A DNA stretch of 64,000 nucleotides from Labilithrix sp. (GTDB lineage Bacteria > Myxococcota_A > Polyangia > Polyangiales > Polyangiaceae). Below, piece after piece: positions 25,840-35,711 of the stretch. Position numbers and translations under genes: made by a program. The DNA lies in NCBI GenBank assembly GCA_026128965.1, contig JAHCIY010000002.1:1936468-2000467 (forward strand), in the 5' to 3' direction. Numbering within the stretch: position 1 is the first letter of the stretch; each line of letters opens with the position of its first letter. The notes beneath the pieces were generated by a model that was given only the letters and a program-made list of their open reading frames with translations, searched no databases and was not told the DNA's origin.

Positions 25840-26829
25840 CTACGGGACGAGGACGAGCTTGCCCTTCACCTCGCGGCGCTCCATCCGCTCGAGCGCCTCG
25901 GGCGCGCGATCGAACGAGAACGTCGCGTCGACGTGCGGCCGCAGCTTCCCGGCGGCGACCCACTCGAAGATCCTCTGTCCGTTCGCCTGGTTCCGCGCGG
26001 GATCGCGCGTCGCGAACGAGCCCCAGAAGACGCCGCAGACCTGGCAGCCCTTCAGGAGCACGAGGTTCAGCGGGATCTTCGGGATGTCTCCCGCCGCGAA
26101 GCCGACGACGAGGAAGCGCCCCTCCCACGCGATCGATCGCAGCGCCGCCTCCGACAGCGCGCCGCCGACGGGGTCGTAGATCACGTCGGCGCCGAGCCCG
26201 TTCGTGAGCGCCTTCGCGCGCTCCTTCAGCGTCGCGGCGGGGTCCGCGCCGCCGTAGACGATCCCCTCGTCGGCGCCGTGCTCCTTGCAGAATGCAACTT
26301 TCTCCTCGGTCGAGGCGGCCGCGATCACGCGCGCGCCGAGGAGCTTGCCGAGCTCGACCGCGGCGGTCCCCACCCCGCCCGCGGCGCCGAGGACGAGAAG
26401 CGTCTCGCCCGCCTTCAACGCCGCGCGATCGACGAGCGCGTGGTACGTCGTCGCGTACGTGAGCAGCGTCGCGGCCGCGACCTCGAAGGAGACGCCGGCC
26501 GGCAGCTTCACGACCGAGAGCTCGGGGACGGCGATCTGCTCCGCGAAGGCGCCGTGCACCATCCAGGTCGCGACGCGCTCGCCGGGCGCGACGCCGGTGA
26601 CGCCTTCGCCCACCGCCGCGACGACGCCGGCCGCCTCGCCGCCGAGCGTGAACGGCGGCTCCGGCCGGAACTGGTACTTGCCGTAGGAGAGGAGCACGTC
26701 GGGGAAGTTCAGCCCCGCCGCCTTCACGTCGATGAGCACCTCGCCGCGCCCGGCCTTCGGCGCAGGGAGATCGGCGTCGACGCGAACGGCGGAGGGACCG
26801 GCATACGACTGGCTTCGAACGGCGCGCAT
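25840..26829 (-). CDS. qor: NADPH:quinone oxidoreductase / zinc-type alcohol-dehydrogenase-family protein
   Basis: 329 aa, starting [44 protein letters not shown]. It carries the Rossmann-fold motif [15 protein letters not shown]. Confidence 0.85.
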   Translation of the reverse strand: MRAVRSQSYAGPSAVRVDADLPAPKAGRGEVLIDVKAAGLNFPDVLLSYGKYQFRPEPPFTLGGEAAGVVAAVGEGVTGVAPGERVATWMVHGAFAEQIAVPELSVVKLPAGVSFEVAAATLLTYATTYHALVDRAALKAGETLLVLGAAGGVGTAAVELGKLLGARVIAAASTEEKVAFCKEHGADEGIVYGGADPAATLKERAKALTNGLGADVIYDPVGGALSEAALRSIAWEGRFLVVGFAAGDIPKIPLNLVLLKGCQVCGVFWGSFATRDPARNQANGQRIFEWVAAGKLRPHVDATFSFDRAPEALERMERREVKGKLVLVP

Positions 26830-26844
26830 GTGAAGAGGGGTATC

Positions 26845-27318
26845 ATGACGCGCGTGTACCGCGACGACCTCGAAGCTGCGCATCGGCGCATCGCGGACCT
26901 CGAGCGCGCCGTCGCGGCGGTCGAGAAGGTGGAGACGACGGAGACGCCGAAGCGAGAGGAGCGGCGGTACAACGCGCCGCTGCTCGTCGTCGTCACGATC
27001 ACGACGACGTTCGTCTACTACGTCGTCGTCATCGGGTTGTTCGACGGGCAGCCGCCGGACTACCTCGCGGAGGAGGCGGCGGCGTGGCTCGGCGCGTTCG
27101 TCCCCGTCCTCGCGTCGGGGCGGCTGTGGTGGGCGCGCGGCGGCCGATCGAGCGACGTCTGCTGGTTGGTCTTCAACGCGCTGCGCGTCGCGCTCGTGCT
27201 CATTTTCGCCAGAGGCGCGCTCCACGTCTTCTTCTGGTGGGCGCCGCTCACGAGCGTCGCGATCCTGCTCGGCGAGATCGTCGCCGCGCGCCGAAACCGA
27301 AGCGCGCGCCGCGCGTAG
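26845..27318 (+). CDS. Hypothetical membrane protein
   Basis: 157 aa. A GA-rich ribosome-binding site (gaagagggg) sits 7 nt upstream of the ATG. The N-terminus is coiled-coil ([30 protein letters not shown]) and is followed by 3-4 TM helices with Trp ([14 protein letters not shown]). Confidence 0.5.
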   Translation: MTRVYRDDLEAAHRRIADLERAVAAVEKVETTETPKREERRYNAPLLVVVTITTTFVYYVVVIGLFDGQPPDYLAEEAAAWLGAFVPVLASGRLWWARGGRSSDVCWLVFNALRVALVLIFARGALHVFFWWAPLTSVAILLGEIVAARRNRSARRA

Positions 27319-27329
27319 AGGAGAGAGAC

Positions 27330-27998
27330 ATGAAGACGTTCGCGCTCGCGCTCTTGGTCCTCGTCGCCGGCTGCAAGTCCACGGCATCGGAGGCGAAACC
27401 GGAGGCGAAGACCTCGACGACCACGACGACCGCGACGGCGCGGCGCACGAACGTCGGGGCCGACCCCGGCGGCGTGGGCATGGGCACGCCGCTCGCGCCG
27501 AAGCCCGGGCACGAGCTCGCGGCGTTCGCGGCGGGGTGCTTCTGGGGCGTCGAAGACAACTTCCGGCAGGTCCCCGGCGTCACCGCGACCGCGGTCGGCT
27601 ACACCGGCGGCCACACCGAGCGACCGACGTACGAAGACGTCTGCGCGCACACGACCGGTCACGCCGAGACGGTGCTCGTCGAGTTCGATCCGGCGAAGGT
27701 CACGTACGACGACCTGCTCCGCGTCTTCTTCCTCAACCACGATCCGACGACGAAGAACCGGCAAGGGCCCGACGTCGGCACGCAGTACCGCAGCGCGATC
27801 TTCACCCTGAACGACGCGCAGGCCGCGGCCGCGCGCGCCGCCGCGAGCGCGGCGTCGGCGCGGCTCGGCAAGGAGGTGACGACCGAGATCGCGAAGCTCG
27901 GCGCCTTCTGGAAGGCGGAGGAGTACCACCAGCAATACGACGAGAAGACGGGCACGCACTCGTGCCCGATGCCGAAGGGCGTCGCGCGCGGAACTTAG
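27330..27998 (+). CDS. msrA: Peptide-methionine (S)-S-oxide reductase MsrA (lipoprotein form)
   Basis: 222 aa, starting [17 protein letters not shown] and carrying the GCFWGVE active-site motif. A gaggagagaga ribosome-binding site lies upstream. Confidence 0.9.
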   Translation: MKTFALALLVLVAGCKSTASEAKPEAKTSTTTTTATARRTNVGADPGGVGMGTPLAPKPGHELAAFAAGCFWGVEDNFRQVPGVTATAVGYTGGHTERPTYEDVCAHTTGHAETVLVEFDPAKVTYDDLLRVFFLNHDPTTKNRQGPDVGTQYRSAIFTLNDAQAAAARAAASAASARLGKEVTTEIAKLGAFWKAEEYHQQYDEKTGTHSCPMPKGVARGT

Positions 27999-28098
27999 AG
28001 CGCAACCGTCACGCGGCGCGGCCGACCCGCCGCCCATGTATGCGTTCGACCTTTCCCCAGGGGCCGCCGGCGCAGTCGTGCTATCGAGCACGACGCGG

Positions 28099-30021
28099 AT
28101 GGCGGCTTCACCGATCGACGACGTGCTCCGCGAGCGGTTCGGCCTCGAGGCGTTCCGACCGTGGCAGCGCGAGGCGATCGACGCGGTGCTCGGCGAGCCA
28201 GGCCGCGCCCTCGTCGTCGCCCCGACCGGCGGCGGCAAGTCGCTCACGTACCAGCTCCCCGCCGCGGTCCTCGGCGCGGAGGGCCTCACCCTCGTCGTCT
28301 CGCCGCTCGTCGCGCTGATGGAAGATCAGGTCCGCTCCCTCACCGCGCGCGGCATCCAGGCGACGTACCTCGCGTCGACGGTGGACATGGCGGAGCGGCG
28401 CGCGCGCGAGGACGCGATGCTGCGCGGCGACTACGAGCTCGTCTACGTCGCGCCGGAGCGCCTCGCGAACGGGCCGTTCCTCGATCGCCTCACGCGCTGC
28501 AAGCTCGCCCTCGTCGCGATCGACGAGGCGCACTGCATCGCGCAGTGGGGACACGACTTCCGTCCCGAGTACCTGCAGATCGGCGCGCTCCTCGAGCGCC
28601 TGCGCCCTCCGCGCGTCCTCGCGTGCACCGCGACCGCCACGCCCGCCGTGCGCCGCGAGATCCTCGAGCGCCTCGGCCTCGAGGAGCGCTGCAAGGAGGT
28701 GCTTCGCGGGTTCGCTCGCCCGAACCTCCACCTCGCCGCGCAGCACGTCGAGGGGCCGCGCGAGGCGAAGGCGGCGCTCGAGCGCGAGCTCGACAAGGCG
28801 CTCGGCGACCGCCGCATGCCGCGCGGCGGCGCGATCGTCTACGCCGCCACGCGCAAGACGACGGAGCAGTACGCCGACATGCTCGCGAAGAAGGGCTGGA
28901 GCGCCGCCGCGTACCACGCCGGCATGAGCGGCGACGAGCGCTCGAAGGTCGCGGCGCGCTTCGCCTCGCGGAAGCTCCATGTCGTCGTCGCGACGAACGC
29001 GTTCGGCATGGGGATCGATCGCGCCGACATCCGCGCCGTCGTCCACGTGCAGCCGCCGTCGTCGATCGAGGCCTACTACCAGGAGGTCGGGCGCGCGGGC
29101 CGCGACGGCGACGAGGCGAGCGGGCTCCTCCTCTGCAGCAACCAGGACATCGGGCTCCGGCGCCGCCTCGTGACGAGCGGTGGAGACGGAGAGGTGGACC
29201 CCGCGCTCGCGGCGCGCGCGTGGGACCTCTTCCGCGATCTCCTCCGCTACCTCGACGCCCGCTCGTGCCGGCACGACTTCGTGCTCCGCTACTTCGGCGA
29301 CGAGAACGAGACGCTCGGCGGCTGCGGTCACTGCGACGTGTGCCTCGAGCTCGACGGCGAGGCGGCGATCGACGACGCGCCGAACGAGGAGACGACGCTC
29401 CTCGTGAAGAAGGCGCTCTCCGCCGTCGCGCGCGCGCAGCGGCGCGGCGGCATGCTCGCGATCGCGGACATGCTCCGCGGCGCGACGACGGCGAAGACGG
29501 AGAACATGGGCTTCACCAAGCTCTCCACCTTCGGCCTCATGAAGGACCGCTCGCACGAGTGGATCGTGGCGTTCCTCCGCTCGCTCCTCGCGGCGGGCTG
29601 GATCGATCTCACGCCGTCGGAGCACCCCGTGCCGTACCTCACGAAGGCGGGGACGGCGGTGATGATGGGGCAGACGCCGGCGCGCATCGGGCTCCCGGCG
29701 GAGCCGCGCGCGCCGTCGTCGCGCCGCCGCGGTCGGGCGGAGCGCGGCGCTTCTTCTTCCTCTTCTTCGCCGAAGCCGAAGGTGGAGCTCGCGCTCGACG
29801 ACGTGACGAAGGCGCTGTTCGAGCGCCTGCGCGCGCGCCGCGCCGAGATCGCGCGCGAGAGCAAGCTCCCCGCGTACGTGATCTGCCACGACCGAACGCT
29901 CGCCGACATGGCGCACAAGAAGCCGCTCACACGCGCGGCGCTCCTCGAGGTCCACGGGATGGGCCCGGCGCGCATCGAGAGCTACGGCGAGCGCTTCCTC
30001 GACGTCCTCACGAGCGGTTGA
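28099..30021 (+). CDS. recQ: ATP-dependent DNA helicase RecQ
   Basis: 640 aa. Motifs include ...FRPWQREAIDAVL...APTGGGKSLTYQLPA..., DEAHCIAQWGHDFRPEY and the Zn-binding CRHDFVLRYFGD...CGHCDVC. The C-terminal HRDC region is ...ICHDRTLADMA... Confidence 0.9.
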   Translation: MAASPIDDVLRERFGLEAFRPWQREAIDAVLGEPGRALVVAPTGGGKSLTYQLPAAVLGAEGLTLVVSPLVALMEDQVRSLTARGIQATYLASTVDMAERRAREDAMLRGDYELVYVAPERLANGPFLDRLTRCKLALVAIDEAHCIAQWGHDFRPEYLQIGALLERLRPPRVLACTATATPAVRREILERLGLEERCKEVLRGFARPNLHLAAQHVEGPREAKAALERELDKALGDRRMPRGGAIVYAATRKTTEQYADMLAKKGWSAAAYHAGMSGDERSKVAARFASRKLHVVVATNAFGMGIDRADIRAVVHVQPPSSIEAYYQEVGRAGRDGDEASGLLLCSNQDIGLRRRLVTSGGDGEVDPALAARAWDLFRDLLRYLDARSCRHDFVLRYFGDENETLGGCGHCDVCLELDGEAAIDDAPNEETTLLVKKALSAVARAQRRGGMLAIADMLRGATTAKTENMGFTKLSTFGLMKDRSHEWIVAFLRSLLAAGWIDLTPSEHPVPYLTKAGTAVMMGQTPARIGLPAEPRAPSSRRRGRAERGASSSSSSPKPKVELALDDVTKALFERLRARRAEIARESKLPAYVICHDRTLADMAHKKPLTRAALLEVHGMGPARIESYGERFLDVLTSG

Positions 30022-30088
30022 CGCTCACGTGCGCGAGAGGCGCGGGTAAGTACACGCGCCGGCGCAAAGGATAGTAGGCTCGTTTTGC

Positions 30089-31885
30089 TTGGATCCTCGG
30101 CTCTTTGCTCGATGCGCCTCGATCGCGAGCCTGGTCGCCCTGACGACGTCCGGGAGCGCCGCCGCGGGCGGCTTCAACTTGAACCGCTTCGAGCCCGCGG
30201 AGCGCGGATCGCGCTGGTTCGTGCTCGACTCGCTCGATCTGAAGGGCCACGGCCGCCCCGCCGCCGGCCTCACGCTCGACTACCAGTACCAGCCGATCGC
30301 GATCAAAGGACCCGACAGCGAGGTCCGCGCGGCGGTGGTCGGGCACGTCGTCACGACCCACGCCGGCGCCAACGTCGTGCTCTGGGACCGCGTCCGTGTC
30401 GGCGCGAGCCTGCCGGTCCTCCTCTACAACGAGGGCACGACGGCGGGCCTCCGCGGCGAGACCTTCTACCGCCCGCAGAACGAGCAGGGCATCGGCGACC
30501 TCCGCTTCGGCGCGGACGCCCGGCTCTTCGGGACCGCGGAGAGCCCGATCACCGTCGCCTTCGGCGGCAGGCTCTGGCTCCCGACCGGCTCGCCGACCTC
30601 GTACACGAGCGACGGCTTCGTGCGCGGCGGCCCCCGCCTCTCCGCCGCGGGGAAGGTCTCGTATTTCGTGTATGGTGCAACCATCGGCGCGATGTTCCGC
30701 AGCCCGCAGACGCGGATCTTCGCCGACACCGCGATCGATCACGACCTCACCTTCGGCGTGTCGGCCGGCGCGAGCCTCGCGGACGGGAAGGTGACGATCG
30801 GCCCCGAGCTCTACGGCTCCACCGTGCTCGGCGACGCCGCGTTCAAGACGCGCTCGACGCCGCTCGAGGTCCTCCTCGGTGGCCACGTGCGGCTGCCGTT
30901 CGGGCTCCGCGCGGGCGCGGGCGTCGGCACCGCCGTCACCGCCGGCTACGGCTCGCCGCAGGTCCGCGTCGTCGGGTCGATCGAGTGGGTGATGGACCCC
31001 GAGCTCGACACCGACGGCGACGGGATCCTCGACAAGGACGACGCCTGCCCGCGCGTGGTGGGGACGCCGTCGACGGATCCGGCGCGCAACGGGTGCGTGA
31101 ACGTCGACACCGACGGGGACGGCATCGTCGACGAGGAGGACGCGTGCGCCGACGTCTACGGCGTGCGCACGAAGGACAAGCGCACGAACGGCTGCGACGA
31201 TCGCGACAAGGACGGGATCATGGACCCGCTCGACGCGTGTCCGAACGAGGCCGGTCCCGCGAACGCCGATCCGTCCAAGAACGGCTGCGTCATCCACACC
31301 GACAAGGACGAGGACGGGATCTGGGACGAGGACGACGCGTGTCCGGACAAGGCCGGTCCGAAGACGGACGACCCGAAGACGAACGGCTGCCCGGACCCCG
31401 ATCGCGACAAGGACGGCATCCCGAACGAGGCGGACGCGTGCCCCGACAACGCGGGCCCCGCGCACGCGAACCCCGCGCGCAACGGCTGCCCGATCGCGTT
31501 CATCTCCGGCGGTGAGATCCGGATCAAGGAGCAGGTGAACTTCGTGGTCGGGAGCTACACGCTCTCGACCGGGAAGGAGACGCTCGAGGTGCTGGAGGCG
31601 GTGAGGGAGATCCTCTCCGCCCACCCCGAGATCACGCGTGTCCGGGTGGAGGGGCACACCGACAACCGCGGAAACCCGGCCTGGAACAAGAAGTTGAGCG
31701 ACGCGCGCGCGGCCGCGGTCGTCAACTGGCTTGTTCGTAAGGGGATAGCGAAGACACGTCTGACGAGCGTTGGCTGGGGACAGGAGCGTCCGCTCGAAGC
31801 CAATGATACGGATCAGGGTCGCGCTCTGAATCGGCGCGTCGAGTTCCACATCGAGTCGTCAGAAGCTGCGAAGCCTTCGCCGTAG
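30089..31885 (+). CDS. OmpA-family outer-membrane protein with thrombospondin type-3 (TSP3) calcium-binding repeats
   Basis: 598 aa with a putative TTG start. It has an N-terminal beta-barrel-like region, then eight or more D.D.DG..D..D.C repeats (DTDGDGILDKDDACP, DTDGDGIVDEEDACA, DKDGIMDPLDACP...), then an OmpA C-terminal domain (...RVEGHTDNRGNPAWNKKLSDARAAAVVNWL...). Confidence 0.85.
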   Translation: MDPRLFARCASIASLVALTTSGSAAAGGFNLNRFEPAERGSRWFVLDSLDLKGHGRPAAGLTLDYQYQPIAIKGPDSEVRAAVVGHVVTTHAGANVVLWDRVRVGASLPVLLYNEGTTAGLRGETFYRPQNEQGIGDLRFGADARLFGTAESPITVAFGGRLWLPTGSPTSYTSDGFVRGGPRLSAAGKVSYFVYGATIGAMFRSPQTRIFADTAIDHDLTFGVSAGASLADGKVTIGPELYGSTVLGDAAFKTRSTPLEVLLGGHVRLPFGLRAGAGVGTAVTAGYGSPQVRVVGSIEWVMDPELDTDGDGILDKDDACPRVVGTPSTDPARNGCVNVDTDGDGIVDEEDACADVYGVRTKDKRTNGCDDRDKDGIMDPLDACPNEAGPANADPSKNGCVIHTDKDEDGIWDEDDACPDKAGPKTDDPKTNGCPDPDRDKDGIPNEADACPDNAGPAHANPARNGCPIAFISGGEIRIKEQVNFVVGSYTLSTGKETLEVLEAVREILSAHPEITRVRVEGHTDNRGNPAWNKKLSDARAAAVVNWLVRKGIAKTRLTSVGWGQERPLEANDTDQGRALNRRVEFHIESSEAAKPSP

Positions 31886-31904
31886 CCGTAGTAGGGGTGA
31901 AACC

Positions 31905-34418
31905 ATGCGTCAGATCATCAGGAGCTTCGCGCTCGCGGGCGTCCTCGCCGCTGCGCTCACGATCGAGCACAGCGCCGAAGCGCAGACCTTCCCGAACCCG
32001 CCGACGAACGCGAACCCGTTCTGGATCCCGATCCGGCGTGGCGGCAACGTCATCGGGGACCTCCCGAACGCGAACGCGGACTACCGCGACATCGTCGGTG
32101 ACGCGACGTTCCCCGCCGCGTACGTCGCCTCGGACGCCACCTTCCTCTACTTCCGCGTCCGCATCAACGGCAGCCCCGGGACGTTGGGCTCGCTCGGCAA
32201 CAATCGCGGCTACGGCTGCATGATCGACGTCAACAACAACAACTTCTGGGACCGCTTGGTCACGCTTGACGGCAACGGCACGGATGCGGTCAAGCTCTGG
32301 TCGAACTCGACGACGACGCCTGCACCGGCGAACGCGTCGACCGACACCGCGGACGGTTCGTCGACCAACTTCGCAGCGAACACGCATGCGCGAGTGTCCG
32401 TCGCGGACTCCACCTTCTCGAGCAACGCGGACTCTTTCGTGGACGTCGCCGTTCCGTGGGCCAACCTCCGGACCGGTGGTGTGACGGCGGCGACCGCTCT
32501 TCGCTTCGTCTGCGGGGTGACGGTCAGCGCGACGTCGGCGAACAACCTCGGCGCCGACATCTTCGACGGCGATGCCTCGACGACGCTCTCGACGAGCTGG
32601 AGCGACGCGTACACGTGCAACGGCGGGGGGCGGAACCTCTGCACGACGTCGTACGACTCTGACGGTGACGGCGTGTCGAACACGCTCGAGGACGTGTTCG
32701 GGACGATGCCGAACAACGCCGACAGCGACGGCGACGGCATCCCCGACTTCTACGAGCTCACGCCCGCGGGCGGCGGTGACTTCGCGGCGGTGAACTCCGA
32801 CAGCCTCGGGCCGATCGACGCGCTCGACACCGACGCCGACAACGACTGCGTCCTCGACTCCGTCGAGGGCATGACGACCTACCGCAACGCCTCGCTCCCG
32901 AACGCGAACCCGAACGACGCGTGCACGGCCGATCCCGCGGAGGCGATCTGCAACCGCCAGACGGGCACCTGCGCCGGCTGCACCGGCAACATCGGCACCG
33001 GCCCGCTCGCGTGCCCCGACGCGGCGGAGCCGTACTGCAACCAGTCCGGGCCGATCGCCGGGCAGTGCTCGGTGTGCACGATCGCGCTGGCGAGCGCCTG
33101 CACCGGAGACACGCCGGTCTGCGACAGCGCGACCGGCACGTGCTCGACCTGCAACGGCGACCGCGGCTCGGCCGCGAGCGCGCCGTGCACCTCCGTCAGC
33201 GCCCCCGCCTGCCAGCCGGCCGGGACGACGCTCGCCGGCAGCTGCCGCCAGTGCAACGCGACCAACACGGCGCTCTGCAACGTCGTGAACCCGGCCTGCT
33301 CGACCGAGACCGGGACGTGCACGAAGTGCGACGCTCACTTCGGCGCCGCCGGCGCGATCGCGCCGTGCCCGACCGCGGCCGCGCCCGCCTGCAACGTCGG
33401 CAGCGCGTACGACGGGCGCTGCACGGTCTGCTCGCCGAACAACACGAGCCTCTGCACGACCGATCGCCCCGCGTGCGATCCCTCCACCCGCACCTGCGCG
33501 CGCTGCAACGGCGACCGCGGGAGCGGCGCCGCGATGCAGTGCCCGAACGAAGACGCCCCCAACTGCGTCCTCGCCGGCGTCGATCAGGGCGCGTGCAAGA
33601 AGTGCGAGTCGAGCGCGGACTGCGGGCCGGGGCACACCGGTCCGACCTGCGACACGACGACGGGCGCCTGCGTCGACGTCGACACCGACGGCGACGGGCT
33701 CCAGGACGAGATCGAGATCCTGCTCGGCACCGATCCGCTGCTGCCCGACACCGACGGAGACGGCATCGACGACAAGACCGAGGTCACGCCTCCCGGGGGC
33801 GGGGCGTTCGAGAAGGTGGACAGCGACAGCGACGGTACGATCGACGCGCTGGACCTCGACAGCGACGACGACGGCATCCCCGACGCGGAGGAGGCGCGCG
33901 TCGGCGACGCGGGCCCGATCCTCGACACCGACGGGGACGGCCTCGCAGATTTCCGCGATCCCGACGACGACAACGACGGCATCCCGACGAAGGACGAGGT
34001 CGCGGACTCGAAGCTGGCGGCGGTGAACAACGACGACGTCGACGGCGACGGCAAGAAGAACTGGCTCGACTCCGACGCCAACAACAACACCTTCAGCGAC
34101 GGCGACGACGGCCGCGACGACGAGGACGGCGACGGCATCCCGAACTACCTCGACATGAAGAAGGACGTGCCGGCCCCCGAAGGCGGAGCGTCGTCGACGA
34201 GCTCGAGCTCTTCGTCGAGCTCGGGCAACGTCATCATCCGCCCGCCCTCCTCGAGCGGCGATCCCGACGCGGGCGCGCCCGGCGCCAACGCGGAGGACGG
34301 CGTTCTCGAGGGGAGCGGCTGCAACGCGACCGGCGGCCCCGCGTCGTCGCTCGTCGTGTTCGGCCTCGGCGCGATCGCGATCGGCCTCGTCTCCCGCCGC
34401 CGCCGCCTCCGCCGTTGA
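31905..34418 (+). CDS. Large secreted Cys-rich repeat protein with TSP3-like Asp repeats and a C-terminal MYXO-CTERM sorting signal
   Basis: 837 aa. It has the signal peptide MRQIIRSFALAGVLAAALTIEHSAEAQ and about seven tandem C...TGTC..C modules (CNRQTGTCAGCTGN, CDSATGTCSTCNGDRGS, CSTETGTCTKCDAHFG, CDPSTRTCARCNGDRGS, CDTTTGACVD). These are followed by D.D.DG repeats, a poly-Ser stretch, and the terminus GSGCNATGGPASSLVVFGLGAIAIGLVSRRRRLRR. Confidence 0.8.
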   Translation: MRQIIRSFALAGVLAAALTIEHSAEAQTFPNPPTNANPFWIPIRRGGNVIGDLPNANADYRDIVGDATFPAAYVASDATFLYFRVRINGSPGTLGSLGNNRGYGCMIDVNNNNFWDRLVTLDGNGTDAVKLWSNSTTTPAPANASTDTADGSSTNFAANTHARVSVADSTFSSNADSFVDVAVPWANLRTGGVTAATALRFVCGVTVSATSANNLGADIFDGDASTTLSTSWSDAYTCNGGGRNLCTTSYDSDGDGVSNTLEDVFGTMPNNADSDGDGIPDFYELTPAGGGDFAAVNSDSLGPIDALDTDADNDCVLDSVEGMTTYRNASLPNANPNDACTADPAEAICNRQTGTCAGCTGNIGTGPLACPDAAEPYCNQSGPIAGQCSVCTIALASACTGDTPVCDSATGTCSTCNGDRGSAASAPCTSVSAPACQPAGTTLAGSCRQCNATNTALCNVVNPACSTETGTCTKCDAHFGAAGAIAPCPTAAAPACNVGSAYDGRCTVCSPNNTSLCTTDRPACDPSTRTCARCNGDRGSGAAMQCPNEDAPNCVLAGVDQGACKKCESSADCGPGHTGPTCDTTTGACVDVDTDGDGLQDEIEILLGTDPLLPDTDGDGIDDKTEVTPPGGGAFEKVDSDSDGTIDALDLDSDDDGIPDAEEARVGDAGPILDTDGDGLADFRDPDDDNDGIPTKDEVADSKLAAVNNDDVDGDGKKNWLDSDANNNTFSDGDDGRDDEDGDGIPNYLDMKKDVPAPEGGASSTSSSSSSSSGNVIIRPPSSSGDPDAGAPGANAEDGVLEGSGCNATGGPASSLVVFGLGAIAIGLVSRRRRLRR

Positions 34419-34420
34419 GC

Positions 34421-34595
34421 GGACGCATCGCCGCCGCCTCCTCCGCCGCCGCGCGGAGCAGGCCCGCGGCCGGGCGGTCGATCCACGCGCGGACGCATCG
34501 CCTCCGCTCCTCCGCCGTCGCGCGGTCGCATCGCCGCCGCTCCTCCGCCGTCGCGCGGTCGCATCGCCGCCGCTCCTCCGCCTCCGTCGTCGCGC
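34421..34595. repeat. Intergenic 33-36 bp direct repeat: one copy, a 35-bp gap, then three tandem copies
   Basis: The units are gg[at]cgcatcgcc[gt]ccgc(c)tcctccgcc(g)tcgcgc, at about 34421-34455, 34491-34523, 34524-34556 and 34557-34595. They lie between the MYXO-CTERM gene and ychJ. Confidence 0.75.
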
Positions 34596-34617
34596 GGGCG
34601 TGGACCGAGGTGCACGC

Positions 34618-35079
34618 GTGAACGTACGTGACTGCCCGTGCGGAGCGGGCGCTCGTTACCGCGAGTGCTGCGGTCCGCTCCACGAGGGCGCGAAGCTCGC
34701 CGTCACACCCGAGGCGCTCATGCGTTCGCGGTGGTCGGGCTTCGCGCTCGGCAAGGGCGAGTACCTCTACGACACGCTCGCGAGCGACCACCCCGATCGC
34801 GCCGCGCCCCGCGCCGCCGCCGCGCGCGAGCTCGGTCGCGCGAAGGATCGCCAGCGCTTCATGAAGCTGACGATCCTCGACGCAGCCGAGGACGAGGTGC
34901 TCTTCCACGCCCGCGTCTTCGAGAAGGGGCAAGACCGCTCCTTCGCCGAGCTCTCCCGCTTCGTGCGCGAAGCCGGCGCCTGGCGCTACGCCTCCGGCCT
35001 CCTCCTGCCCGCGAGCGCGCTCCCCGCCGACGTCACGACCCTCGACCGCGCCGCCTTCCTCGCGCTGGGCCCAGCCTGA
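34618..35079 (+). CDS. YchJ-family (UPF0225, SEC-C motif) protein
   Basis: A GTG start gives MNVRDCPCGAGARYRECCGPLHEG (SEC-C-type CPCG...CC). A second half follows (...WRYASGLLL...). About 153 aa. Confidence 0.75.
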   Translation: MNVRDCPCGAGARYRECCGPLHEGAKLAVTPEALMRSRWSGFALGKGEYLYDTLASDHPDRAAPRAAAARELGRAKDRQRFMKLTILDAAEDEVLFHARVFEKGQDRSFAELSRFVREAGAWRYASGLLLPASALPADVTTLDRAAFLALGPA

Positions 35080-35173
35080 GCACACCCGAAATCGCGCGGG
35101 CGCGGACGGGCGGGCGTGAGGCTGCTTCTCCGCGCGGGCGCGGGCGCGGACGGGCGGGCGGGCGGGCGTGAGG

Positions 35174-35626
35174 CTACTTCTCCGCGCGGACGGCGTTCAT
35201 TGCGGCGGCGTGGCGGGCGGCGGCGGGCTTGAGGTCGGCGAAGCGGCGGGCCTCGGCCTCGATCGCGTCGCGGAGGTTCACGAACTCCATGCTCATCGTC
35301 GCGATCTCGGTCGCCGGGGCCTTGTCACCCTTCGCGAGGACCTTCTGCATCCGCTCGTGGACCGCTTCCATCTTCGCGGCGCTGTCGCTCAGCCACTTCG
35401 AGTGCTCCGCGAAGCGCTTCTTCTCCGTCGCCGAGAGCTTCGCCGGCGCCTGCTGCTTCGCGATCGAGCGCAGCGTCGTCGCGGCGCGACGCGCGATGGA
35501 CGCGTTGAGGATCAGCTTCGCGCGGAACGGCGCGTTCTCCGCCGTCGTCGTCTCCGTTGCGACGCGCGGATACGCCCACGCGGGGGTCGCGACGAGCAGG
35601 GTCAGGGCCACGAAGAGAGCACGCAT
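35174..35626 (-). CDS. Secreted/periplasmic hypothetical protein
   Basis: 150 aa. It starts MRALFVALTLLVATPAWAYP (signal peptide), and the mature part is helical and Ala/Lys-rich. Confidence 0.5.
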   Translation of the reverse strand: MRALFVALTLLVATPAWAYPRVATETTTAENAPFRAKLILNASIARRAATTLRSIAKQQAPAKLSATEKKRFAEHSKWLSDSAAKMEAVHERMQKVLAKGDKAPATEIATMSMEFVNLRDAIEAEARRFADLKPAAARHAAAMNAVRAEK

Positions 35627-35711
35627 CGAACGATGTAGGGAAGTGTGGTGCGAGTGGAAGGATCGTGCAAGGAGGAATGCGACGGGACGAGCGGCGGTAG
35701 TCTGCGAACCG

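Noticed and set aside
28005-28035. A GC hairpin (gcggcg-cggccgacc-cgccgc) after msrA as an intrinsic terminator
   Set aside because: The hairpin has no U-tract, and recQ follows 65 nt later in the same orientation. In this GC content such palindromes are frequent by chance.
34421-34595. A CRISPR-like array formed by the 33-36 bp repeats
   Set aside because: Only four copies are present. Three of them are directly tandem with no spacers, and only one 35-bp gap occurs. The unit is GC-rich low-complexity sequence. There is no cas gene anywhere in the window.
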